Assembly: GCA_032718475.1 (NCBI GenBank)
Contig: JAUCBJ010000933.1
Coordinates: 1 to 64,000, forward strand
DNA: 64,000 nt
Reading direction: 5' to 3'
From: Nemertoderma westbladi
Lineage: Eukaryota > Animalia > Xenacoelomorpha
A program made the translations under genes and the position numbers. Below the pieces are notes generated by a model that worked only from the letters and a program-made list of their open reading frames with translations, did not search any database and was not told the DNA's origin. This document shows positions 25,599 through 35,573 of the stretch, piece by piece. Each line of letters opens with the position of its first letter. Position 1 is the first letter of the stretch.

Positions 25599-26531
25599 AG
25601 GCCCTCGTGTCTTGCGAACCATGAATTGACATGGTGCCGTGGTACCGTCTAGTCGGCCTGTTGCCGTACTGCCAGTCCTGTACACAGCAGGGGTGGTGGC
25701 ATAGTGTGATCTGTGGTTTGTGTGTGTACGTAGTATACGTGAGTGTGTGTATGGCCACTGCGAGTGAGTGTGGGAAACCTTGCCGGTTGGTTCAGTCACC
25801 ACCGGTTATTAGTAGGACCATATCTTTACTGCGCCCCAGCATACTTTGTGCACACAAAGTTATTTTGCCCTGACGGCAAAATAAGATACTCTCGACTCTT
25901 TAACAGTCGATACAATTTTGTCCCCTCTGATTTTGTCCCCGATTTGGTCTATTCCCGATTATGTCTTCTGTGTGTGCATGGTATGTGTCCGATTTTGTGT
26001 CTACCGTAGTGTACTCGATTTCGTGAGCATCTATTGAGTACACGTGTACAGTGACTGGTAAGTGGTGACTTGTTCTTAGCTTAGCTTTTAAGCTAGTCAG
26101 TATTGTTGGTGGAACCGACTTCCCCTCAATACTGCCGGCGAGGCGGGTGAAAACGGTCAATATTCCATGCTGGGTAGCGCAAGCCCACATGGGACAAGAC
26201 CGTCGGTTTGGCTCAAGGGCGACCTTGATGCTCGATCGCTATCGACTGGTCCACCCGCCGGTTGACTCTCTGAGTTGGCTCAATGTACAGTCAGGCCACA
26301 GTAAGTTGACAGTAGGCGAACTTTGAGTCGCCGTTCGGCTACACACGACGAGCTGTGCCGGTGTGATCGGGGGATTGAAAATTGAACCCGGGAAGCATCG
26401 GGCTACCCTCCGGCCCGGTCTGATAAAAACGGAGTCGGACTGGCCCCAAGGGTAGTGGGACAGCGTCCGCCTCATGGGTGCGCCTCGGGGAGGAGCCCAG
26501 AAGGACGCAAGCGAAATTAGTAAACACACAA
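25519..26531. mobile_element. Probable solo LTR of an unrelated family inserted between ORF1 and gag-pol
   Basis: GC-richer ~1-kb block with stops in the polyprotein frame; starts TGTCGCG, ends ...ACACACA(A); flanked by AGGGG at 25514-25518 and 26532-26536. Confidence 0.6.
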
Positions 26532-29500
26532 AGGGGTATACCACCACCCTCAGTAACAATGTGTCAACCTGTTAGGTCTGAAGTATCTCATGCGCAAGGT
26601 GTGGAGCCTACACGCATATATACTGCTAGCGAAGTCGAAACTCCTATAGTGAACCCTATTAAGGGTAATTATATGCCTGTTGATAATGACATTCCCTATA
26701 GAGTTGATCATAATCCGAGAAATTTATATACCGATAACTCGATATTAAATAACACGATGGCCCAAGAAAGTTTTACGCGTCAAATGGCTAGAACCGAAGC
26801 CCGGCAAGCGGTGAAGGTGGGAGAGATAGTCAAATTCAATGGAGATGAGATGAAATGGTTACCTTTTAATGAATATTACAAAGATAACATACAGAACTCT
26901 GTACTATCTAATGGAGAAAAACTTAGATACCTCATCGAGTGCTTGGAAGGATCTCCCAAGTTAATGGCGTTAAAGTTTATTGGACATCCAGATGGATTAA
27001 GACAAGTTTGGGACACACTAAACATCAGGTATGGTAATAGGAATAATATCGCTAAGTATTTATATGCAAAATTAGTAGCGCCCAGAAAGTTCATCAGCAG
27101 TGGGATAATAGAGTTTTCCGATGAGATTCAAGAGATCTGTAGACAATTAGATTGGTTAGGTAAGTCTCATGAATACCAAAGTTCTATGGTCATTGGAGCT
27201 GTGGCTTCTACTTTACCGAAAGGTGGGGTAGGCACACGCTGGGATAAGAAAGTACTATATATGATGGAACAACAACGACGAGACCCTACCATGGCTGATC
27301 TCATGTCATTCTTGGATGGAGAAGTGAAATTGCAACTCCTCAAGCAGTCCCGAGAGAAGACACCGGAAAACAAGGTAAGTGAAAAACCCGTCTCTAGGAG
27401 AAAGGTAACACCAGTGTGTTATACAGACGACGGCGAAAGCCAGACTTCTCAAGGAGAAGATAGCGGGAAAGACACTGATAGATCTTATTATGTCAATAAA
27501 ATGCCTAAAGATCAGGTAAGTAAATTCAAGTCTCGAGCAAATGACAGGAGAGAACCGATAAGAAAAACTCCTCCCACGTCTCCCAAGAGAATTCAGGTGA
27601 GAAAGCCCGAAGAAAAGGCAAGTGTACACAATGTGACTCAGAATAAGGTAAGTAACATCAAACCGAAATGTGCGCTGTGTGACGGGACCCACCATTTGAA
27701 TAGGTGTGATGAATTTCTAAAGAAATCATTAACGGAGAGACGCGAAGTCATGTGGGATAAGCGGTTATGTTATAATTGCCTCAGACAAGGACACCAACGG
27801 CGAACCTGTTTCTCTGACATAAGGTGTGCAAAGTGTGGTTCGAAACATCATATCTTGTTGCACGCTGAATTCGATCGAAATAGTCCGAATCAGGTAAGTG
27901 ATTCCGAGCTACATGTTCAATTCAGTGATGTGAACGACACTGATCAATCTGAGATGGAAGGATTCTATACAGACGAGTTCTCCGACGAAAACGAATCCTG
28001 TTACATGATAAATACCGCAGTGTATCGAGCACTCACATATGAAAAAGATACAGACAACGACTTTACTCTAACTACTTCTGAGCGACAACCATCTTGGAAA
28101 GAGCCATCTTCCAATGTAGGGATCCGAGAGTTTCCTGTGGTGCAGGTAAGGGTTCACGGACCTAAACGGAGTTATGTAGTGAACGCCCTCCTGGACTCCG
28201 GCAGCACAGGAACATTCATCGACAAAGAGCTAGCCGAAGATATATTTGCTGGACAACCCAAGTTCCAAACTAAGCTCAACATGTCCGGCATTATGCAAGT
28301 TTGGAAATCTACAATCACAGCGGATTATTATGTAGGAGCGTTGTCCACCCCCCAGGACGAACTAGGAGAACATAGCATAAGGTCAGTGAAAATGGTGGCT
28401 ATAAAGAACTTCGCTACTACTCAAGCAGACCTTTATAATTGGGACGAGGATGAGAGCATCCAACATCTTAACATACCTCGATTCCAGACTGATTATCCTG
28501 GAGTACAAATACTCATCGGCCAAAACGCGCATGAGGCGCTGGAGACATTGGAGAAACGGCCTGCTCAACCACAGCCACTACAGACCTATGCGGTAAGAAC
28601 TAGAGTAGGTTGGTACTTTACTGGCCCTTCCCGTAGAACACTCAAAGAAAGACTACCGCAAGAGCGCGTCTGCCAGGTGAGTGAATGGGAAGATGATACT
28701 AGTGAAGGAGACGATTCACCTGAGGGAATTCCATACTCCTCAGATAACGACGATGTTCACCAGCTTTTTGATGAGGAGAATACCATCGATCTTCTTAAGG
28801 AAAACGAGGCTTGGCAAAACCAAGTTAACTTATGTCAACTTCTCTATCCATCTGAACGAGAAGCTTATAACGACGAATTAAATGACGTCATTGAGCGTTG
28901 CAATGCCAAGACTCGAGATGAACATGCCGTAAGATTCTTTACGCAAGAGGCGGTAGAGCCCAATTCCTACGATAAAGCCTTGTCGGTGGAAGAGGAAAGG
29001 GCCAAGCAGATCCAAGAGACAACCACACGTTTCCTCAAAGATCAAGGTAGGTATGAAGTCGGTCTACCTTTCCGCAAGAAAGAACCGAAGTTCATCAATA
29101 ATAGACCCTTAGCGGAAAAAAGAATCGCGCAACTCCATCGACGCCTTACGGCTAATTCTTCAGCTAAAGCAATGTATCAAACACAGCTGGAGAAATTTAT
29201 TAGTAAGGGATACGCGGAGAGAGTACCGGAAGAAACATCTGTGACTGAAAGAACGTATTACTTAACTCACCATTACGTTCCTAAACCCGGTAAGCCACAC
29301 GAAGTGAGAGTAGTGTTTGATGGCTCCGCTCTTTACATGGGTCAATCCCTTAACTCTGAATTGTTACCCGGACCCAACTTGCTTCAATCTTTGTTGGGAA
29401 TTCTTTTAAGATTGAGACAATATTCGATTGCTTTCGCCTCCGATATAGAAGGCATGTTCTTACAAGTCAAGGTGTTAGATAGAGATCGAGATAGTCTACG

Positions 29501-32500
29501 ATTTCTGTGGTGGCCCGAAGGAGACCTCAACCAGAAACCGGTGGAGTACTGGATGACCATCCAGGCCTTTGGGATAATCTCAAGCCCTTCCAACGCCTGT
29601 TCGGTAGTGCGTACTACTGCAGAGGACAACCGAGAGGCATTCTCTAAGGAAGTGATCGACAACATCAAGAGAGACATATACATGGACGACAATCTGAAGT
29701 CCCTCCCATCAGTTGAGGAAGCCATTGATGTCGCTAAGGGAACGGTAGAGTGCTTAAAAAGAGGTGGATTTCGATTAACCAAATTCACCAGCAACTCCCG
29801 TGAGTTTCTGGAGTCGATCCCTGCGGAAGATCGAGGAGCGAAAGATCTCGATTTGATCAAAGATGATCTGCCAGAGACCAAGACACTCGGCTTGAAATGG
29901 GACACAGAGCGAGATATCCTGTTTTTCCAGCTAAAACAGCGAGATAATCCAGTTCGAACCAAACGGATTTGCTTAAGTATACTGAGCACTTATTTCGATC
30001 CATTGGGATTTATTAGCCCAGTTATATTGATTGCTCGAAGTTTGGTACAACAAATGTGGCTTGAAAACCACTCATGGGACGATCCACTTAAGGGAGAATT
30101 ATTGAAGAAGTGGATGGAATGGGAAGATTCTCTGCCGGCTATCGAAGATTTTATAATTTCCCGTTCATATTTTGGTCATGTTCTCCCTACGTATTCCTAT
30201 CAACTCCATGTGTTTGGAGACGCCAGCGATATGGGAATAGGTATAGTAGCCTATCTAAGAGTGGAAACTCCGGAGGGAATCAAAGTCGCCCTGGTTACTT
30301 CTAAGGCATTAATCAACAACAAGTTGAAAGTTCCTCGAGCGGAGTTAAAAGCGGCTCTATACGCTACAGCCATCGGCCGGAATGTAACCGAACAGATTGA
30401 CTATCCATTAGAGAAGACTGTCTATTGGACCGACGCTTTACTCGTGTTAGAGTATATAACCAATGAAGTCTGTCAGTTCAGCGTCTTCGTTACCAACAGG
30501 GTAGCCATCATACTTAGTCGCACGACGATGGACCAATGGAGACATTGCCCCGGAACGATTAATCCAGCAGACATCGCGTCCCGAGGAGCGACTCCAAAGG
30601 AATTGGTAAATACTCCCGAATGGTTAGGAGGACCCGACTTTCTCTACAGAGAAGAAGAAGAATGGCCTCCCCATCTCACAACAGCAGAGATCAGACAGGC
30701 CAAGGGAGCGGATAAAGTTAAACCCAAAACTCGAGCGAGTAAATCGAAGTTGTTTAAACCTGCGGTTCATCTATCTGTATTATTTACTTCCGGAGAGGAT
30801 GCTTTGGATCAGAAACCCACCGCCACGGATAAAGAAGTCTTGGAAATCCGTGACAAGGATTGGAAATCTGGAATACCAGATATCGCACAAGGACTCTCAC
30901 CTCTCTTGCAGAGAGCGATACGTCACTACAGCTCCTGGAATCGGCTCTGTAAAGCCGTCACCTATTTAAAACGATGTTTTCATCATCGTTACTCCGGAAC
31001 AAAGACCAATAGTGATGATGCTCCATCAACATCTGCACGAGTCCATGTTGTTAAAGATCTTCCTAAATACAAGATATCCGACAGGTTTCTAAAGGAGAAG
31101 ATCAGTTACCAGGAGCATGATGAAACCAACAAACAGATGCTGAGACTCCTACAATGCTATGAGGATTCCGATAAGTATTTCCTGTTGTTAAGAAATCCAC
31201 AGATGCGCTTAAGGGATCGCTTCTCTAGTACCATGATAGATGGGTTAATACGTGTTGGAGGCCGGCTCACCAACGCCCCATTATCCTTTGACACTAAGTT
31301 TCCCATACTCATTAGAAATCTTGACATACAAATCAAGATGATTGTAGATGTTCATAGCAAACTGTACCATGCTGGTAGAGAACGAGTTCTGAGCGAAATC
31401 CGAACTCGCTACTATTTTTATAAACCCCATAGGGCTCTGAACCAAGTTCTTAGGAACTGCATACCCTGTAGGAAAGCATTCAGTTTTCCTTTAACACAGC
31501 GAGAGGCAGAATTACCTAGGGAAAGAGTAAGCTTCTATGAACCACCCTTTACTAATACCGGTGTGGATTTATTTGGCCCTATTGAAGTATATCGTGCCCG
31601 GACTATAGTCAAGAGATGGTGTGTCATCTTCGTTTGTATGACTTGTAGAGCTATCCATCTCGATATGGTAAACGATCTATCCACCAACAGCTTCGTGTTG
31701 AGTTTACGACCACAGATCGCTCGCTTCGGAACCAGTAACACGATGAGATCGGATAAGGGAACGAACTTCATTGGCGCCAACAACGAAATTCAAGCTTACG
31801 TAAAGGACTGGAACAAAAGACAGGTGGACGATCAGCTAAGGATAACAGCGTCTAGCTGGACCTTCAACGCCGCCGACGCCCCTTGGTGGGGAGGAAGTTG
31901 GGAGAGATTGATTAGGAGCGTGAAGACTGCGTTCCACTTTATTGTACCTTGTCGCGCTTATCTCACCGACGAACTATTGCGGACGTTACTGGAGGAAATC
32001 GCCGCCTATCTCAACGAAAGACCGCTTATGCCAGTCTCTTCAAATCCTGATTCCCTGGAAGCGCTAACACCCGCGCACTTTCTACTGAAGAAACCCGTAG
32101 CCATGCTCCCACGATCGGAGATCACAGATGGAGACGAGTACTGCCGTCGAACCTGGCAACTTATGCAGTTGCTATCCCGTCGTTTCGCTGACCATTTCGA
32201 GAAACATTACCTGCCCACTCTACAACTTCGAACTAAGTGGTTTGCGCAGCAAGAAAACGTCAGCGCTGGAGACATGGTGCTTATTGTGGACCCCGATCTC
32301 CCACGTAAGCGATGGCAAACAGGACGTATCATCGAGACTTATATCTCGAGCGATGGTTTGGTGCGATCAGTAGAACTCGTCGTCATGCGGCGGAACTTTA
32401 AGAAACCAGGGATAGTCTTTGAGACTCAACAGCTCAATCGCCCAGTGGGTCGTTTATGTTTACTGGAAAGAGACAGAGAGCTCTCCGGAAACTATGGAAG

Positions 32501-32564
32501 GCAAGAAACTCTTCCCACGACCACTTCCCTAATCCAACCGACATCTAGGGACTCCCCAACTTAA
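26478..32564 (+). CDS. BEL/Pao gag-pol polyprotein; true start uncertain
   Basis: Gag core (KFNGDEMKWLPF); triple zinc knuckle (CALCDGTHHLNRC, CYNCLRQGHQRRTC, CAKCGSKHHILLH); protease LLDSGS; RT SDIEGMFLQV and YMDD; RNase H (VFGDAS, PRAEL, WTD, NPADIASRG); integrase HHCC and GVDLFGP...SDKGTNF...GGSWERLI. No internal stops over 2028 codons. Confidence 0.96.
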   Translation: MRLGEEPRRTQAKLVNTQRGIPPPSVTMCQPVRSEVSHAQGVEPTRIYTASEVETPIVNPIKGNYMPVDNDIPYRVDHNPRNLYTDNSILNNTMAQESFTRQMARTEARQAVKVGEIVKFNGDEMKWLPFNEYYKDNIQNSVLSNGEKLRYLIECLEGSPKLMALKFIGHPDGLRQVWDTLNIRYGNRNNIAKYLYAKLVAPRKFISSGIIEFSDEIQEICRQLDWLGKSHEYQSSMVIGAVASTLPKGGVGTRWDKKVLYMMEQQRRDPTMADLMSFLDGEVKLQLLKQSREKTPENKVSEKPVSRRKVTPVCYTDDGESQTSQGEDSGKDTDRSYYVNKMPKDQVSKFKSRANDRREPIRKTPPTSPKRIQVRKPEEKASVHNVTQNKVSNIKPKCALCDGTHHLNRCDEFLKKSLTERREVMWDKRLCYNCLRQGHQRRTCFSDIRCAKCGSKHHILLHAEFDRNSPNQVSDSELHVQFSDVNDTDQSEMEGFYTDEFSDENESCYMINTAVYRALTYEKDTDNDFTLTTSERQPSWKEPSSNVGIREFPVVQVRVHGPKRSYVVNALLDSGSTGTFIDKELAEDIFAGQPKFQTKLNMSGIMQVWKSTITADYYVGALSTPQDELGEHSIRSVKMVAIKNFATTQADLYNWDEDESIQHLNIPRFQTDYPGVQILIGQNAHEALETLEKRPAQPQPLQTYAVRTRVGWYFTGPSRRTLKERLPQERVCQVSEWEDDTSEGDDSPEGIPYSSDNDDVHQLFDEENTIDLLKENEAWQNQVNLCQLLYPSEREAYNDELNDVIERCNAKTRDEHAVRFFTQEAVEPNSYDKALSVEEERAKQIQETTTRFLKDQGRYEVGLPFRKKEPKFINNRPLAEKRIAQLHRRLTANSSAKAMYQTQLEKFISKGYAERVPEETSVTERTYYLTHHYVPKPGKPHEVRVVFDGSALYMGQSLNSELLPGPNLLQSLLGILLRLRQYSIAFASDIEGMFLQVKVLDRDRDSLRFLWWPEGDLNQKPVEYWMTIQAFGIISSPSNACSVVRTTAEDNREAFSKEVIDNIKRDIYMDDNLKSLPSVEEAIDVAKGTVECLKRGGFRLTKFTSNSREFLESIPAEDRGAKDLDLIKDDLPETKTLGLKWDTERDILFFQLKQRDNPVRTKRICLSILSTYFDPLGFISPVILIARSLVQQMWLENHSWDDPLKGELLKKWMEWEDSLPAIEDFIISRSYFGHVLPTYSYQLHVFGDASDMGIGIVAYLRVETPEGIKVALVTSKALINNKLKVPRAELKAALYATAIGRNVTEQIDYPLEKTVYWTDALLVLEYITNEVCQFSVFVTNRVAIILSRTTMDQWRHCPGTINPADIASRGATPKELVNTPEWLGGPDFLYREEEEWPPHLTTAEIRQAKGADKVKPKTRASKSKLFKPAVHLSVLFTSGEDALDQKPTATDKEVLEIRDKDWKSGIPDIAQGLSPLLQRAIRHYSSWNRLCKAVTYLKRCFHHRYSGTKTNSDDAPSTSARVHVVKDLPKYKISDRFLKEKISYQEHDETNKQMLRLLQCYEDSDKYFLLLRNPQMRLRDRFSSTMIDGLIRVGGRLTNAPLSFDTKFPILIRNLDIQIKMIVDVHSKLYHAGRERVLSEIRTRYYFYKPHRALNQVLRNCIPCRKAFSFPLTQREAELPRERVSFYEPPFTNTGVDLFGPIEVYRARTIVKRWCVIFVCMTCRAIHLDMVNDLSTNSFVLSLRPQIARFGTSNTMRSDKGTNFIGANNEIQAYVKDWNKRQVDDQLRITASSWTFNAADAPWWGGSWERLIRSVKTAFHFIVPCRAYLTDELLRTLLEEIAAYLNERPLMPVSSNPDSLEALTPAHFLLKKPVAMLPRSEITDGDEYCRRTWQLMQLLSRRFADHFEKHYLPTLQLRTKWFAQQENVSAGDMVLIVDPDLPRKRWQTGRIIETYISSDGLVRSVELVVMRRNFKKPGIVFETQQLNRPVGRLCLLERDRELSGNYGRQETLPTTTSLIQPTSRDSPT

Positions 32565-33079
32565 TATCGTTCGGAGTGGGCGTGTGACTCGATTATTTTA
32601 TATTATATTATTATTTTTATATTTATGTATGTATTACTATGTAATTTTATTTTAATCGTTTTATTTAATTTAGTAGAATATTATTTAGCGATTATTTTGT
32701 AGAATAGTGCAATATGTTCGTGTTTATTACGTACGTAATTACTTATATTATATTTAGTGAGACGGCGAAGAAATAATTATTTTTCTTTTTCCTTACTGCC
32801 CGTATTCTATTATAAATACGTAACTACAGTAAGATGAAATGTCCGTACTTATTAATGTACAATAAAGCCACTACTATATTTAAGTATTATTGGTAGGCAG
32901 AGTATTAGGAATGCAAAGTTCAGATCCTCGTGTCTCGGCTAAACCAAGCTCTGGGTAGACCTTGGAAACGACTTGCCTCTTCACACTGACATTGCTTCGT
33001 GCGATATTGCTCTCATACCGTATATTAAATAATACATATAGTAGCGTGATGTCCCTTTAACAGTAGCGTATAACGCAAA

Positions 33080-33405
33080 ATAAATCTGTTAAACCCTTTG
33101 ACCATCTGTAATTCTAGTCGATTAAGATATCGCGGCACCCACCGATATACTTGAAAGACAAATTCTAGAATCAGTGGTTAACGTCCCCAGACAAGTTCTG
33201 GAATAAATCGGTGCCCATCTCAAATATTAATTATTTAATATTTACAAATCTAATAAATCAAAATCTGTAAAATTCAGATCCTTCAACAATTCTAGTCAAT
33301 TAAGATATCGTAGCATTTACCGATATTCTTAAAAAAGACAATTGTCATAGAATTAAGGATCTTGTGTCCCTAGACATGTTCTAGAATCAAAATATGTCCA
33401 TTTAA
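33080..33405 (+). other. Two diverged ~180-bp repeats with conserved predicted hairpins in the BEL 3' region
   Basis: ATTCTAGTC..TTAAGATATCG-loop-CGATAT..CTT..GAC..TAGAAT at 33111-33171 and 33288-33354, each followed by a short stem (33187-33201, 33370-33384). Confidence 0.7.
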
Positions 33406-34212
33406 TTATCAAATAATAAAATTTCAGGGAATAAATTTAAATTCATGCCTTTTAATGAATTTAATAAATTGCCATTTTTACGCAATTTATAAAGTTCCCA
33501 AAATTCCATTAATTAATAGATCAAGGGAGCGGAGATTTATCTTATCATGCGTATGAGTGTGTGAAAGTCTCCCAAACATAGTCAATAGCCGATAAAATTC
33601 ATAAAGTCATGTATAAAACAGAACATTGACTATTAAAGAATACTATTAAATAACATCCCAGATCTGTATGCATTGGAATTACCCTAATTCTACCGCTAGC
33701 TTTGCATAATGTCACCATAGCAACAACCACGCTAGAATTAGAATTGAGTTAAGAGAACAATAGAAAGCTTGTCCCATTGAATAGCATAAGGAATAAATAG
33801 TGCACTGATAGTATCCAAGGATACATAATAATACAGTGACATTCTGGAAGGCATTGACTAACGGACAAATGGCCCGAATGTGTGTAGTTGTGACCAGTTG
33901 TGTGGTATTTGTGAGTTTATAGGTGAATGTTACTGCTAAAGTGTGTTTACAGTAGCTAGTCACAATCGTGAAAGTAACCTAACTCTCCAAGGAAAACCTG
34001 AAGTACATCTAAGCCTTTGGGACGGACAGTTGAGTGACTTGTGCCGGTTGTCGTTGTCTTTGTACGGCTACGTCGTTGGCGAAAGTACAGCGGCGACAAC
34101 ACATCGGCGCTGAGGATCTCGCACTGTCCGGGGGTTGATTGGGGTAGGCAGCGACGTCCGCTCGCCTAAATATAAACTCCTTATAATATGGATAAACTCA
34201 TATATAGCAGAT

Positions 34213-35495
34213 ATGACGGAGTTGATAGAAGATGGTCTTGGTATCAGGGAGCGATATACTCTACTTTTACAAGCGTTTGTTGATAGCTTAATACGCGGCG
34301 ACGTTAGTCCAACTGCTGCGGAGGACGATGGTCGTTATATCGAACCGACAATGTCCCAAGTGCAGCTCTCGCGTGAGTTGGACTATAGAAAATTCGCTGC
34401 TCGATATACGCAGCGTAATGGTACGTATACGGGCTTCTTAACTACTGGTCATCCTATCGATTTACACAATACAGACTATGTCGACTATATATCCTGCCCA
34501 GCGGAGTCGGAACCATAAACTGAAATTCGAATGCGAAAATTCTATTCGAAATCGACTCGAAAGAAAAGACACTAAAGAAACAAATGGACGCGGTAACTCC
34601 AACGTATATTTGGAATTCTTGATAGAAGCATTGTAACAACAAATAAATATCACCCGCGTTTACCCTACCAGACGTGCGTCTTTGGTATTATTACGATAAA
34701 TGCCCTAGACCCAACTAATAAACGGAAAGACATAAACATCCACGTAAACCGAAACTTGTTGACGTATCACCTATGCTCACTCGGCTCGAACGATCCTGGA
34801 GTAAACCTACGATCAGAGTCCCGGAATACTCGGTCAAACCTCCTCATTCCTTAGTTGGACCTCAGACCTGCGATCCTGGTGGTGTCGCGGATCCTCGCGG
34901 ACGGTATTCACTGTTCAAGATCTAGTGCTACCCTAACAATTAATCGGTAACACTCCGACAGTGATTTCTAGCTAGCCGCCCATCTTACCTAGCCGGATTA
35001 TGACGCAGACACCTAATATCACTATCCAACCGTATGGTCGTCCCGTTTAACGCGATACAACCCTTCATCAAGGTGAAGGAGAGCGTTGTACGAAACGAGT
35101 TAAACCCTATTCTATAAAGATCAAAAAAGAAACCTGCGTTTGTTCAGATAAACGTAAGTTATAACAGTAAGTCCAATCGATAAACGAATTGGCCTTATCT
35201 CAATTCGATTGGGAAATCCAGAATCTCTAAGAAGTTATCGAACTTGGACGATCCTATTCTCTGCGAGAGTTTTGGACGAACGTATCCCATGACAAGCGGA
35301 GGAAAATCAGCTCGAGGAGAAGCATATCGAAATGGACGAGACACCGACCGTAAACCCAAACCTTGTAATGCAATCATATTGCACCCTTCACCCAGGAGTT
35401 ATGGCCCTCCTAGTAAAGTGGCTTCCCCCAAAGAGAAAATGACTCTGGCTAGCTTTAAAAAACTGCATAAACGCCGTCCGCGCAAGAAAGACTAA
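34213..35495 (+). pseudogene. Fragmented accessory ORF of unknown function in the BEL 3' region
   Basis: ATG at 34213 opens 101 codons; further open stretches (34597-34854, 35244-35495) end in a basic tail KKLHKRRPRKKD; coding-like composition relative to AT-rich flanks. No homology recognised. Confidence 0.45.
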
Positions 35496-35573
35496 CTGTT
35501 TAGAGTATTTATGTATATTAGAAATTGTGATTTTGTATATTTTATAGACTTAAATCCCATTTTCTGGGAGCGG

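Noticed and set aside
34213-35495. env gene
   Set aside because: No signal peptide, transmembrane segment or Cys-rich ectodomain was visible in the fragments.
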